From assembly GCA_013265495.1 (NCBI GenBank), contig MU058636.1, positions 1-64,000 of the forward strand: 64,000 nucleotides of DNA. Direction: 5' to 3'. Shown piece by piece: positions 1-13,143 of the stretch. The notes beneath the pieces were generated by a model, which made no database searches, was not told where the DNA came from, and saw only the letters and a list, made by a program, of their open reading frames with translations. Both the position numbers and the translations under genes were made by a program. Position 1 is the stretch's first letter; each line of letters starts with the position of its first letter. This DNA is from Vicugna vicugna. Lineage: Eukaryota.

Positions 1-273
1 TGAAGGTTAGTGTCCAGTGGACTCTGACAGGTCCTGGTAGGTGAAGGGGTCTGGGATGCTGGTTGCTCCTCTATCAGTTCAGGTGCTCTCTCCCTAAGTG
101 ATACTCTTAAGCCACCTGGTTTCGCTTTGGCTGAGGAGACTTGGAACCAAGTGGTGGGAACCTTAAAGGCCAGGAGTTCCTGGGCGCACAGCCTAACTTA
201 GAAAAAATGAGAAGCAGACTTGAGCAAAAACATGCCAGGGAAACAGCGCTGATGGGATGCATGTCCCTGAGCC

Positions 274-861
274 GTAGTGAGTTCAAACCTGTTGGTCTCA
301 GGACCCCTTCTTTGCTCTTCAAAATTGAGGATTTTGAAGAGCTTTCATTGATAATGGATTAGATGACTAATATTTTCAATAATAAAAAAATAAAATGGAG
401 ATGTTTAAAAAATACTTACTAATTTAAGAGTACAGTAATAATCCCATTACATAAATGACATATTTTTATGAAAATTAAGCATGTTTTCCAAGACAGAAAA
501 AGATGAGTAACAGGAGTGTCTCTGTTTTGGAGTTTTGCAAACCTCTTTAATGTCTGGCTTGATAGGAGACAGCTGGATTCTCATGTCTGTTTCTGCATTT
601 AATCTGGATCTGTCGCAATATGTCGTGTTAGGTGAAGTCTAAGGAGAAATCTGGCCTCACGCAGGCAGGTAAATGGAAGGAGTGTTCAAACAGGCCTCTG
701 AGATAACGGCGGCTTTGAGTTTCTTGACAAGTGTGGCTTCTTAAAGGTGAGTTGCAGTGGGAGTCAGAAGCTATGTCACTTTCAGACTCCTCTTGTTATT
801 TTAAAATCCATCGTTCCGTCTTGCACTTTCAGACGCTTTTTTCACGTGTGTCATTTGGTAA
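274..861. mobile_element. hAT-Charlie DNA transposon remnant (Charlie1a-like), truncated at its right end by an LTR insertion
   Basis: Starts ...GTTCAAACCTGTTGGTCTCAGGACCCC and contains TGCAAACCTCTTTAATGTCTGGCTTGATAGGAGACAGCTGGATTCTCATGTCTGTTTCTGCATT, matching my recollection of the Charlie1a consensus. Confidence 0.8.
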
Positions 862-1507
862 TGATGCAGGAAAACGGATGTGGGCCGTGAGGAGGCCCGA
901 GTCCCAGGTCTCCGCTGAGCCCCTGGGACGTGCCCCACCAGGTATGGGTCCTTGGCTTCGCACAGGAAAGAATTCAAGTGCGAGCCGCCGTTGAGTAAAG
1001 GTAGATTTATTTAGAGAGATACACGCTGCATAGAGCGTAAGGCAAGAGAAAGGCCAGGAAAGAGGTGTGGGAACTGGGTGCTCAGGTTAAAGTACAATTA
1101 GGTACACACTCCACAGGCAGAGTGCGGGTCGTCTCCAGAGGGGAGAGAGAGTGCAAAGGGCCACTAGGCGTGGTGCTGTCACGTTTTATGGTCTCAGTAG
1201 CTTCACACGCCTGCAGGTGGGACCCTTCCAAGTGCCCTGGGGAAGGGGCTGGGATTCCCAGGAACTGGGCCACCGCCCATTCTTCGGCCTTCTGTGGTCA
1301 GCCTTGGGGCTGTCATGGCGCCTGCGGGCATGTTACTTGATGACCTGTCACAATGAGCACAGAGTGAAGCTCAAGGTCTACTAGACATCAAACCTCCAAC
1401 CATCTTAATCCCCAAGGCCAACTACGAGGTGACTCTTCCACCATTTTGGTGTTAAATTTCTGTCATTCCCTGAGTGGCTCTGCCCTGCCCCCTTCCCTCC
1501 TGTCTCG
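862..1507 (-). mobile_element. ERV-class solo LTR
   Basis: Begins TGATGCAGG exactly where Charlie1a similarity stops. Minus-strand AATAAA (TTTATT ~1006-1011). Ends ...CCCTTCCCTCCTGTCTC. No clean TSD. Confidence 0.7.
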
Positions 1508-2089
1508 CCCTGAGTCACTTAACCTCGTCTATGGTGGAAACCTCTGTTACGAGAAACACATTTTGTCTGATGTTCAGCAGCCCGAAGGGCACACAGGTTT
1601 CTTAGGTCACTTTTCCTTTTCTAATTCTCAGTCCACCGAGCACACGTCTGGTCACGGATGTGCCCCCTCCCCGCCTTGCTACCTGGAAAGGCCCCGGACA
1701 GTGGACACGAGGCTCCTGGTCACGGAAAAGGACCACCTCCCACCGTAAGTTAACACAGTTGTATTGGAATTCTGGCCTCTGAGATGTGTCTGCGTCAATC
1801 AGTTCACTAGAGTCAGATTGGCTCCGGGGAAACTAACACAAGCGAGTTTCAGGGCCAGTGAGGCCAAGGACGGGGTCTGGGTTGGGCTAAACCCCTCAAG
1901 TGGCCGCCGGAGACGCGAGGTCCTGCCGAAAACACAGGCCAGCCCATCCACCCGGGGGGCCACCCCACGGCGGCACGGATAAACAGGTAAATCACAGCCA
2001 AGTAAATAAAGGAAAATACGCTGTAACACGTTTGGCTACTCTGGACGGTAAAAGGCATTGGGAAACACAGAGAACCCAGCAAACTGGGT

Positions 2090-2260
2090 GAAAATGCAGG
2101 CTTTGGAGACTAGCTAGGACTGAACTGGGTTGTTACTTTGCGAACTTCAGCAAATCACTGAATGTTTCTGAATCTCGCTTTTCTCTGTGAAATTGAGATA
2201 ACAATACTATTTCACTAAGTTGGGGGGATTAAAAGAGATAACCTACGTTACATCTTCCAT
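2090..2260 (+). mobile_element. MIR SINE remnant
   Basis: Degenerate MIR core: GCTTTGGAGAC...CAAATCACTGAATGTTTCTGAATCTCGCTTTTCTCTGTGAAATTGAGATAACAATAC...GGATTAAAAGAGATAA. Confidence 0.65.
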
Positions 2261-2689
2261 CGCTGGAAACAGGCTGGACTTGAGATCCTACAAATCTGCC
2301 CAGCCCAGAATGCGTAATGCTAGCCCGGACGTTTTCTAAGCCATCTTTTGAGCTGTATGGACAAGTCGCGGGAGAGTAAAGCATTCCCCTGGAGTCGGGA
2401 ACGGAGCCGGAGGGGAGACCCCGGAGAGTAAGAGGTTACTGCGCTTGCATCTTCCAGGCCCTGAGGACCCAGAGCTTTCATCTTAAAGGAAACACGGGCG
2501 GCAGGAGATTAAGTGGAAGGGGAACCAGAGAGACCAAAGGCAAGACGTAGGAAAGGCACTTCCCACAGGGACATGTTAACCGGACACATATACACCCCAC
2601 AAGCCGTAGACAAGGGAACTTCTCTGTCTTGGTCTGGCTTTTAGTGGAAGGGAAAAGTCGAGCTGTCAAATGGAGCAAATGCAGGGAGC

Positions 2690-2963
2690 TGGGGACAAAC
2701 AAAAGTGCAGGGAGCAGGGGTTTCTAAGGCAGTGAAACAGTCCATGTGACACTATCGCGGTGGGGACATGACGCTACACATTTGTCAAAACCCATATGAC
2801 AACACTGCCATCTGGGGGGTGTTGCTGGTGGGGGAGGCTGGGTGTGTGTTTGGGGGGCACCAAATGTGAGAACCCTGTACTTAACACTCAATTTTGCTGT
2901 GAATGCAAAGCTGCTCTAAAAATAAAGTCTATATATACAAAAACAAAAAAGAAAAAAACAAAC
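2690..2963 (+). mobile_element. Old L1 3' UTR end (L1MC-like) with poly(A) remnant
   Basis: GGCAGTGAAAC...CATTTGTCAAAACCCATA...CAATTTTGCTGTGAA...GCTCTAAAAATAAAGTC followed by an A-rich tail. Confidence 0.75.
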
Positions 2964-2965
2964 AA

Positions 2966-3080
2966 GGTGCCCAGTTAAATTTGAATTTTATATAAATAAC
3001 ATACTTATACTTTAAAAAGTATACATTGTTTATTTGAAAATCAAACTTAACTGAGCATCTGTACTTTTTATGGCTGCCCT
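2966..3080. mobile_element. MER53-like palindromic hAT MITE fragment
   Basis: GCCCAGTTAAATTTGAATTT ... AAATCAAACTTAACTGAGC form inverted arms, ending ...TGGCTGCCCT. Confidence 0.7.
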
Positions 3081-3374
3081 GCTTCCTGAGGTCATCAGTT
3101 CTAACATGTATTTGGGTCTTGAATTCACATTACCTGTCCCAAAATTTTAAGCCAAAATGTTTATATTTAATAGAGCCAAATTTGTATTGTCCCTACATGC
3201 CTGCTAAAAGCAAAAAAAAAAAAAAAAAGAACAAAATTCTTCCTATAAAAATGCACCTTTACCCTAGGACTCAAAGAATTCCCAAAAAGATTTCAAACAA
3301 ATTTAAGTTTACAAAATACAAGCAAACATACAAGGAAATAAAAGAGCCACATTTAAAAAAAAAAAAAGGACCAG

Positions 3375-4340
3375 ACCCACCAGGACTTTAGATATTAGAA
3401 TTATCAGATATAGAAAATAAAACATTTACATGTTTAAAGAAATAAAAGAGGAAATTGAAACTATGAGCAAGGAGAATTTTTTAAATGATCAGAAACATTA
3501 AAAAACAAACCTCTAAAATACAGAAATACAATTATTGACATGAAAAACTCAAAGCAACTGTTAAATAGCAGACTACACATGACTGAACAACAAATCAATG
3601 ATCTAGAAGCCAGAGTCCAACCCAGAGAGACAGAAAAATACACGGAAAGGTAAACGATACTGAAGCTCAAACAAGAACTGACGTTCAACTGAAATTCCAT
3701 AAAAAGACAATAAATAATGGCGAGGAAATTAGAATTTTCCAAAATTGATAGTGAGTGTCACCATAAAAGGAAAAAGACTAAGCACGTTAAGGACTTCTGT
3801 TCATCAAGACACCATAAATGCAGGTGAATGTCAAGTCACACGCTGGGAGAAGATATTTGGAACTTACATAATGGACAAAGAATGAGTGTACAAAATATAT
3901 GAAGGACAAGCAAGCTGATTTTTTTTAATAAGGACAAAATGTATGATCAGACATTTTATTGAAAAGAAAGGTGAATGACTAATACTTATATAAAAAGATG
4001 CTCAACTTCCTTAGAACTCACAAAAAGGAAAATCCGAGTCACAGTGAGATGCCATTTCCTATTACCCAAACCGCAGAAGTCTGAAAACTGAGAACACCAA
4101 ACTTCCGTTGTGCTAACCACTGGTTGTAAGTATTAATTGGCATGAACACCTTGGGAAAGAGTTTAGGAATATTTTTTAGAGCTGAGCACACAACTCCAGC
4201 ACGATCCGGCCACTGCTACGTGTGCCCCAAGAAACCCGAACGTGGGTCCCGGGAGACATGTATGGAGCGCTCACAGAGCGTGTCTGCGGTAGTTAAGACC
4301 GGAAATAACCCCAACGTTCATCCCTAGGAGAGAACAGACG
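3375..4340 (+). mobile_element. Ancient L1 (L1M-type) fragments of ORF1, ORF2 end and 3' UTR
   Basis: A-rich degenerate L1 motifs: GATATTAGAATTATCAGA, GTTAAATAGCAGACTACAC, CTGGGAGAAGATATTTG, AAAAGATGCTCAAC. Confidence 0.65.
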
Positions 4341-5518
4341 CACACACGTACGTTCTGAGATACGAGGACACTGAATCGCTTTAGTGACAATGGACATACT
4401 ATAACCTCAAGCATCATTCTCGCTACTAAAAAGCAACGAGAGGGAGAATGTCTCTGCTCTAGAGAGCAGTCCTCTTAGGGGACCCGAGTAGGTCAGAACC
4501 ACCGCTAGGCGTTTTTTAAAAACAGTAATTGAAGTTTTTGCCCTGTGTGATATTCAGGGCTCCTTTTATACAAAAGCCTACACTATACATTTTTGCTAGA
4601 GGTTAATCCCAGGAAAACTGATTCTGCAGATGCGTTCATCAAATAAAAAAAAACAAACATCCTGGCAACAGATTTTTACAGCTACTTCAAGCACTCAGAA
4701 GTCGTCGTTGTCCTAACACCGAGAAGCAAAGCAACGAACTAGTAATCACTTTAAAAAGAAGACCGCTTTCAACTATGTTTTAAGTTCTAAAAATGCCTTA
4801 TCAGGTTTATGATACTGTAATTAAGAAATGTGAAGACTTTTCTAAGAACCTATGTCTAGTCTGTGTTCAACAGACATTCGGTGAACAATGCCTGCGAACG
4901 GTGAACACTAGCATTTCATCTAAGTCTAACCCTTTAACACCACCGGGACATTCTACGGGGTGGAGACCCAGCCTACCGGAGGTGGCAGGGGAGCCATCGG
5001 AGGGGACCTGCTTCCCAGCCAGGTGTCTGCAGCACCGGCCAAGGGCTCACTGGCTGCGCTTTGATGTTCACAGCCAAGCAGCCCAGGGCGGCCCTCGGGC
5101 GTTAATGAAAGACCCCAGTGCAGCCCCGCGTCCCTCTGCGGCGACAGCCTCTCAGTCACCTTCACGCAACCTGACCAGATCCTCCAAGGTCCCCCACACT
5201 GACCTGGTGCTCTGCACTTAGAGCATTGCCCTGACTCGGTTTCCCACGCCCCAGAAGCCCCCCGTGGCCATCCTCAAACGCCACCTCCTCCACCCTGCCC
5301 TTCCGGGGCCCGGCTCTCCCCTCTGAAACTCCATGGTGTTTTGTTTCTTTCTTGTGGTTCTTACACATCATGTTCTACTTTGTAATGCAACCCCCCACAC
5401 ACAGACATGCACGCGTCCATGAAACATTCAAATCTTTATCTCCATATCCCCTTTTACAATCAACTGCCTGCTCAGTACGGGTCAAAAGTAGTCATTGAAT
5501 TTAACTCCAGTATCTTTA

Positions 5519-5670
5519 CTTTTTTTAATTTTTATTTATTTATTTTTTTAGGGGGGAGGCAATTATGTTTATTTTTATTTGTTTATTTTTTTAATGGAGG
5601 TACTGGGAATTGAACCCCAGACCCCTGCATGCTAAGCTCACGCTTTACCACTGAGCTATACCCTACCCCC
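5519..5670 (-). mobile_element. tRNA-Ala-derived camelid SINE (vic-1-type)
   Basis: Minus strand reads GGGGGTAGGGTATAGCTCAGTGGTAAAGCG...CTTAGCATGCA...GGTTCAATTCCCAGTACCTCCATTAAAAA. Flanked by a 16-bp TSD AACTCCAG(T/G)ATCTTTA at 5503-5518 and 5671-5686. Confidence 0.9.
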
Positions 5671-5822
5671 AACTCCAGGATCTTTAAATCCTATGCATCA
5701 GTTTTGTTTTAATAGGAGTAAAAACCATGCCACTGCTTCCTACACTGCATCACATTTTACAGGCCAGAGCATCTGGAGTCAACCTGCAGATTTGTTGAAA
5801 TACGTTTCGTTTAAGGTTCAAC

Positions 5823-5839
5823 AGCCCCCTCTTGTGGCC
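5823..5839 (-). promoter_or_regulatory. Candidate CTCF site
   Basis: Minus strand GGCCACAAGAGGGGGCT resembles the CTCF core CCACNAGRGGGCGC. Confidence 0.4.
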
Positions 5840-7354
5840 GCTGAGGGAAGTTGGGTTTGCTGGCGCGGAGGGTTCAGTCAAGCCAGAATTTCCATTTACT
5901 TTTAGAAGTTGAATTTGAAGTGATTCTCAATCAATTTTAGTTCCAAGGTTATCAAAAACCTTCACTTTTGAGATTACCACTGAATGGCAAATTTTATTTG
6001 GCATAAAATTGTTATATTAAGGCAAAGGATAAAAATAAGCAGTTATTTGAAATTTAGGTCAATGGTTTCCATCTCAAATGACTGTAAGTCTGCTTTGAAA
6101 GATGTTAATATCATTTTATTTAAGTGTTAATAACATATTTGATTAAGGTTAAAAAATCCTCAGAGTGTCACATTGATTTTTCAGTGTGTGGGAGTAAATA
6201 AATCTGGGAATTCAGTGAGAGTAGACAGCATTATGTTTTTGCTTCTTTCATAGTTTGGAACAGTATCAATTGCAGATTAAGTTAAAAGCTCAGGCATTCT
6301 CACAAGCACATGCTCAAGTCTGAAATGGAACAATTTAAAACAAGGAACCAAGTACAATTCTAAAACACAAAACCCCAAACACGGCTCTCACTGAGGTCCA
6401 GATTTCTCAGGTCGCCGTGTCCATGGTGGGGGCTTCATGCCAACAGGGAGCTGTCTGAAGGAGGTCGGTCCTGGCTGTTGGTGGGTCTGTGTACTCTGAG
6501 GGGGGTTCCTGGGGGGACAGCTGGGGTCTGCCTTCCATGATGAGGGCGGAAACTTCCATAGAGGTGGAGAGTCTGAATCCTGGCATAGACAAACAGCTCC
6601 ACTGGCCAGGGGACCCTGGAGAAGGGCTCCAGGGAGAAGGCGGTGGATCTCCTGGCCCCCGCATCCTCGCTGACTCCAGAGGGGACCACAGACAGGGAGG
6701 CAACGTGGGAATCTGGGCGTGGATGCCAACATGGCCTCGTTTGAAAGATAAAAAGTCTATTTCATAGCAGCTGTTCCTGAACACGGACTGTCTTCATCCT
6801 TCTGGATTCCCACGGAGGCACAGAACCTCCGAACTGCCCGGGAGCCCAACAGTTATTTCCAAACAGCACACTTTCAGAAGCATTTCTGTAGTGTCTTCCT
6901 ATGATGGTTTTATTTTTAAAGAAAAATCTAACCTCAGAGAAGCATTTTCATGGATATTGATTCTAATTCTGAAGGACGCACAAGAGAAAAAAGGAAACTC
7001 TCTCTCTGATACGTCTGGTAACCATTGAGCATTTACACTAAAAGTGTTTTAAAACGTTCATCAAGATATGACTGAAGAATAGGTTTTTTTAATGACAAGT
7101 TTACTGAAAAATAGATGTTCAATCCCCAGAACGTCTGTTAACTATAAAAAAAAAAAACTTTCTATCTTTAGTGAAATTCAAGAATCATGCCCATCCTAGG
7201 GGTCTTGCTCCAGGCTGCCGCACCTCTTCCCACGCCTTCATGTGCACGGCCACTGCCTGGGCATCTTGTGAAAATGCAGACTCTGCTCCAGGGCAGCCGG
7301 GGAGGGGCTCCCGGGCGGGCTACCCGCTGGCGGGTGATCCCTGGACCCTGGTTA

Positions 7355-7705
7355 CTGTGTGAACTGTGTCTCCCTCCAAATTCACGTGTTGGAACGAATA
7401 GTAAACGGGACCCTACTTGGAAACAGCGTTGGTGCAGATTTAATTAGTGAAGATGAGGTCGTTGGGGTGAGCCCTGACCCCATATAACTTATGTCCTCAT
7501 GAAAAGGTGGAACCGGACACAGATGAGCACACACAGCCACAGGGAGAGGAGCGTGTCCCCAGCAGATGCCAGGACCGAGGCCTGGCGCCGGCCCCTCCTG
7601 AGGGCCTCCACGGGCCACCGGCCCTGCGGACACCTCGGTCTCAGCCTCCAGCCCCCAGGGCCGCGAGGCAGTCGTGTCTGCGGTCGGGCCCTCTGCTCCT
7701 GCTCT
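7355..7705 (+). mobile_element. MaLR LTR (MLT1B/C-like), GC-shifted in its 3' half
   Basis: GAACTGTGTCTCCCTCCAAATTCACGTGTTG...TTGGAAACAG...AAGATGAGGTC...GCCCTGCGGACACCTCGGTCTCAGCCTCCAGCC. Confidence 0.75.
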
Positions 7706-10194
7706 AGGCTGGGTGTGCTACCATCGCAGAGATTTCCAAATACGCTCAAAAGCAGACTGCAAGGAACCTCTATGAACTCATCCCCCAGCTCCAGCAAACA
7801 TCTCCGTTTTGCTACACCCATTTCATTATTTTTATTTTGCTGGATTTTTTTAAAAAACAGAGAGTTGTGCCCCGCCCTTCCCGTGGCCAGAACTCGGAGA
7901 GGTCGCAGTCCAAGGCCACAGTCAGGGGACGGGAAAAGGGCCCCAAGCTTAGGCTGTGCAGCCGCAGGCCCGACGCCGTTCCCTGCCCGGGGCAACTTCG
8001 TACATCACTTACAGCCCAAGCTCGCTTCCCTCGTCTGCAAAACGGCCACGATTCTCTGTGGACCCCTCTCGCGGGGGCCTTGTGAGGATTAAATAAAAGC
8101 TCGCGTGTGGCCTTCCCAACCCTGCCGACTTGAGGGAGAGTCATTTTCAGGGCAAAACGCCAAAAAAAGACCCCGCTTGCTGAGGACTCGCTGGCCGGCC
8201 GGCCTCCCGCCCCGGCTCCGGGCTCAGAGCGGGCGGATGTGGGGCACGCGGAGGCGCGGGGAGCTCCCGCACAGTCCGGTCCTGCCGGCCTCCCCTAGGC
8301 CGTCTGGGCGGGGCGGCTGGCAGAGGGGAGATGCTGGCCCAGCGGCCCCTCCAGCAGCCAGCCGGGTGCCAGCCCGTGAGCGGGCCTGGTCAGGACCAGA
8401 ACAACCAGCCAGGCAAGCCCGGCTAAGGCCCGGCCTGTGCACACAAGGGCCGGATAAGCGCTGCTGTCCGGAGCCACTGGCTCTGGGTGGCTTGCTGTGC
8501 TGTATCATCGAAGGAACAGGTGCCTGCACTGATCAGGTCTGGAGCCGTCCCCCCAACACTGCAGTCGTGGGGCAGGCTCTGGAGACAGTGGGGCACAGCT
8601 CGTCCAGCAGAGAAAGATAGACCGTGGAAGCCAGGGAGACTGGAGGCCATGGACTTGGTCACCTTGGCCAACTCGAAGGGCCCTGACTCGCCGCCCAGTG
8701 GGCAGCCTGTCTCCCAGTGGGTGTCTCTGGCTCCTTACAGCCGGTGGGCATAATCTCTGTACCTGTCCCAGTGGGGCTGGGAGACACCGTAACCATGCTC
8801 TCTAGATACTGACCAGAAGGGACCATGTGAGGCCAACGTCCTCTTTCTCGGGGACAACCTGGGACAAGGTAGATGAGAGTCTGCCCTGGAGTCTGAAAGT
8901 GTTTCAGTTGGAAAGCAGAAAGAAATTCCCCGTTCTGGAGTGGTCCAGAGACCCCCATGCCCACGATGGAGGATGGAGGGTCTCTGGGCTCCCCCCTGGG
9001 AAGGGGCAGCGAGGCCAACTTCCCCCGGGAGGATCTCAGGGAATCCTCAGCAGCGTGCAGGCTCCAGCCAGCTGCAGAACACAGGGCCCAAGGGGCAGCC
9101 GCGCTGGCACTGCCTCAGGATGGGGAGAAGAAAAGTTTGGAGAATCCTCACTTCTCCTGGGAGGCAGGTGGCCTCCCAGAGTGCTGACCCGGGCTGGGGG
9201 CTGCACCCTAGTGAAGGAACGCCACATCTTAGGGCACATTCCCTCCATTCAGACCAGAAGGACCGAGAGGGGAGAGCCTGGGGTCTCAATCCTGACGCAG
9301 GGGCACTGGGGACCAGGTCCCCAGTGTGAGCCAGGGGGACCCCCCACCGCTGCAGCTCCCACCCTTCCTCCCTGGGCTTCCTGGTACACTTTCTGGACAC
9401 GGCACATGCACACAATGGCAGCCATCGGTGATGACATAAATTTTACCCCGTGTCACACACAGGTACCATCTAATTCTCACTATGACATACGAGCTACGTA
9501 GCACTATTTCTCCTAAATTTAAAATAAAGACCCCAGGCTCAGTAACCTTCCCAGACCACACAGCTGCTCATGGGAGGGGCAGGGCCCCAGCAACGAAGGG
9601 CAGATGCGCCCTGAGACGGGAAGGAGCGCCCACCTGTCCTCTCCCGGCTCCTGCTTCAGGGCACGCCGGGCAAGCGGGCTCAGGCCCTGGAGACGCTCTC
9701 CCGTGGGTGAGGCACCAGCAGGATGGCCGCGGCACAAAGGGCTTCGGAGCAAGCTGGAAGGTGACCCGTCCCGAGAGGCACAGCGGGAGCCGGGAGCAGT
9801 CTGGAACTGTCGCTCATTAATACCACTTACAGATCCTTCCGTCAGTCTCAGTCCAAGGGAGCCTGAGGCTGCACGGCGCTGTCCGGTGTTCCAGGGTGCT
9901 CAGGTGGCCCTGCCTACATACCTGCCTGGGAACCTGGGTCTCCTAAGACCCAGGGTGACAGCTCAGGGACACTGGGGGTAGGGACATAACTCTGATGAAC
10001 ACTAAAATCTGGGAGAGGACCCTCCACATCCTCTCACACACACTTTACCACGTCCCTTCTCAATCTCTCGTTTAATAACAGAATTATGGATAGTTACTCA
10101 CAAATTGTCGTATTTTCTCTGCAGTTCAACTGCAAACCCCGCGCCTCACCGACTGCTCTGAACCCAGAAGTGTGAGTCTGAGCATGGTACTCAC

Positions 10195-10251
10195 GTCGGG
10201 AAAGGTGATGCTCATGCAAGAACCAGTGTGCTGTCTTCCAGAAAGTCAACT
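10195..10251 (-). other. Candidate 57-nt exon of an unidentified minus-strand transcript
   Basis: Acceptor ...CCCTTGACCTTTAG and strong donor GAC|GTGAGT. Coding status unknown. Confidence 0.3.
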
Positions 10252-10940
10252 CTAAAGGTCAAGGGAGTGGAAGCCTTTATTAAGGAGGGGGAAAAAAATG
10301 CCAGTTATGCAGCCGCACGCAGGAAAGGAATCCACCACTCCATTGACAAAAATGCCCAGGCGGCTACTTCCAGTGCTGCGTGTGCAGCTTTCCCGGTCTG
10401 TTGACAAGCCCACAAGAATGTGCGGTCCTCGGGGAACGCCCTCAGCGCCTGGCCCGCAGACGCTGCTCAGGATGCTGACGGCCGTTCCTCTGCAGGTCAC
10501 TATTTGAAAAGGCAGTTTTATGAACCAAAATCTTTCTTGTCCCTGTTCCGAATCCCGTCCCCACGCCCAGAGGGAGCAAAGCACACACACTCATCCCTCA
10601 CGAGGCGGGAGAGCCGCGAAGCTGCACTGAGTCCTTACTCCCCAAGCGTCCTCAGGCTTATTTTCGTTTATAACTGAATACATTTTTCCTCCTACTTCAG
10701 TCTGAGCTTCTGCCGGACCCGCCTCGCTGGGAACCGATGGGCATTCTGTTGGTCTAAGACACCAGGCGATTCTCCACTCTGTCCAAAGAGATCCCAGAGC
10801 CTCACCTCTAAACATATGTGTTTCTTTCAGGAACGTGATTTCATTCATCCATCCAGATTCATGAAACATGATAAAAAATGTAACAATTAGAACAATTTTG
10901 AAATGTGAGTACTACATACAGGCTGTCAAAGAGCCAAATT

Positions 10941-11281
10941 TCTTTTTTTAAGTTAATTTTTTTAAATTGAAGTACAGTCAGTTTACAATGTGGTGTCAAT
11001 TTCTGGTGCACAGCATCATGTTTCAGTCATACACACACACACACCCCTTCCTTTTCATATCCTTTTTCCTTATCAATCACTACAAGATGTTGAATACAGT
11101 TCCCTGTGCTCTACAGTAGGGCCTTGTTGTTTATCTATTTTATATATAGTAGTGTGTCTGCAAATCCCAAATTCCTAATTTATCCCTTCCCACTCCCTTC
11201 CGCCCTGGTTACCATACATTTGTTTTCTAGGTCTGTGAGTCTGTTTCTGTTTTATAAATAAGATCACTTGTGTCTTTTTTA
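10941..11281 (-). mobile_element. Cetartiodactyl/camelid-type L1 3' end
   Basis: T-run then TTGAAGTACAGTCAGTTTACAATG...TTCCCTGTGCTCTACAGTAGG...GTCTGTGAGTCTGTTTCTGTTTT. Degenerate TSD AAGAGC..A.TTTCTT. Confidence 0.9.
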
Positions 11282-11879
11282 AGAGCAGAGTTTCTTTACA
11301 TCTCTTGGCATTTAACTAGACCCCTAGAGAAGCAGAAAAAGCAGCGTCCTCTTAAATGAGGACTCTAAAACATGATTTACTTGGAGGAAATCTTGGCGCT
11401 TTTAGAGTTGAAAGCAAGTTGGCAAAGATCATTTATATGTTAGTAAAAGGTGGTGACATAACAGGGTCACATTTTCAGAAGCATGTCCATTAATTCCTTG
11501 GATGCACCACTCACACAGCAGGCTGTAACCGAACAGGGAAGCCAGCTGAGCTGTGAGTTCGTGGGAATCTGACGGCAGGAAGGGGTCTGTAGCCTCGCTG
11601 GGGGTCTCCCGTGGGGCGGTGCCTTGCTATCCGAGTGCCCTTTTGAGTTTACCAGTAGCTTTATTTCACTGCAGAGTCTCTGGTGGGTCACACTGCAGCA
11701 CGTGACTGAACGCAGCTCGCGATGGTAAACAGGTGGGCCCATTTTCAGGCCTGGGTACCAGAGTAGTCTTGGAATTGACCAAGCCGACGCAGTGTTCTGG
11801 CCATCCCAGGTCTCCTCGGAGTAGCTTTTCTGCGGCCTGCCAGTTCCGGAGGAGACGGAGCGGGGTACATTCGCCAAAG

Positions 11880-12560
11880 GGGAGGTGCTGCCTCGCGGTC
11901 ATCAGGGGGGCGGGGCGGGGCGGGAGCGGCCCACGCCCCCCTCCTGCGGCCCTCGCGCCTGCCGCGTTCCTCCCCAGCCCCAGACTCCGCCTTGCCCTCC
12001 GCGTTTACCTGCTTGAACTCCATTCATGCGTCAGGTGGCCTAACACGCGCCCCGTCCTCGGCGACGGCTTCGCCACCCGGACCGGCCAGCGCCCCGCGGC
12101 GCCCCCTCCGGCGCAACGTCCTCCTGCCCCGCGGCACCGCGGGTCCTGTTCCCGGGGGCGACCCCGTCCGAGCTTTGTATGAACTACGCTCCTGCTTCCG
12201 TTGTAAGGACGCATCTGTAAATCAGGTATCACTTGACCGGGCATATTCTGACTATGTAAACACAGCCACGCTGTCCTGTCCTGCTGAGAGCTGCTCTTTG
12301 GTGGTTAACATTCTGTGTTTGAGGTTCGTCCGGCTCCACGCACGTGGCCGGAGGCGCCGGCCCTGCCGTCTAGCGAGGCCATCTGGGCGCGCACCGCGCG
12401 GCTGGCGGGCCACACGCAGCCGCCCTCCGCGGCGCCTCTCGCCGCGCTCTGCTCCCCGGCCCTGCCGTGAGCTCTGCTCCCCTGGCTTGTGCAGGGAGCA
12501 CAGGAGGTAGCAGCGCAAAGACAGCCGCCCCCCGCCCCCGGGGCTGGGCACCGACTTTGC
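11880..12560. promoter_or_regulatory. CpG island / promoter-like region
   Basis: Dense CpG, tandem GC boxes GGGGCGGGGCGGGGCGGG at ~11907-11924, ETS-like CTTCCG, FOX-like TGTAAACA near 12255. Confidence 0.65.
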
Positions 12561-13143
12561 AGGGCAGAGCCCTGGGGGAGAGAAAAGAGGAGCTGGAGGA
12601 GAGTCGTCTGAGAACGTCTGGGGCCCCAGACGTGCTCGCTTACTTGCGACGGAGCCCACTCAGATGTGGCCTTGATATCCGTTCTGGCCATCAGGCAGGT
12701 GAGACGGCGGCTGACCTAGCTGCCACCCAGGCTCTAGAACTTGCTGGGTTTCGCTGCATAATATTATCTCAGCCCTCTCACAGATAGCCACTGCGTTCCC
12801 AGAAGACACTCACCCTCGCTTCCCCAGCCATCTCTCAACAGATGTTTATGAGCAATAAAGATGTTAGCCGCGGGGCCATGGTGGGAAACAAGGGAGGCGT
12901 GGTCCTTGCCACTTATGGCCACGTGGGTCACCTGCTGCGCAAGGAAGCAGGCCGTGACAGTGCAGGTGATCCCAGGGACAGAGTTATCTGGGGCCAGGAG
13001 TTATCCGGGGCCGGTAGAGGCCCCTGCCCCACACCTGGAAGTGTCAGGCAAGACTCGCTGGGGGAAGAGTGAGCACACCCCCCAGGTGAAGGAGGTGGAG
13101 GGCATGGAGCAGGGATAACATTCCAGAAGCAGATTCAAAGCAA

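Noticed and set aside
8827..9501. 224-aa ORF and the overlapping ORFs at 7.5-10 kb
   Set aside because: GC-rich sequence is open in several frames on both strands, with non-ATG starts, no domain signature and partial MLT1 origin.
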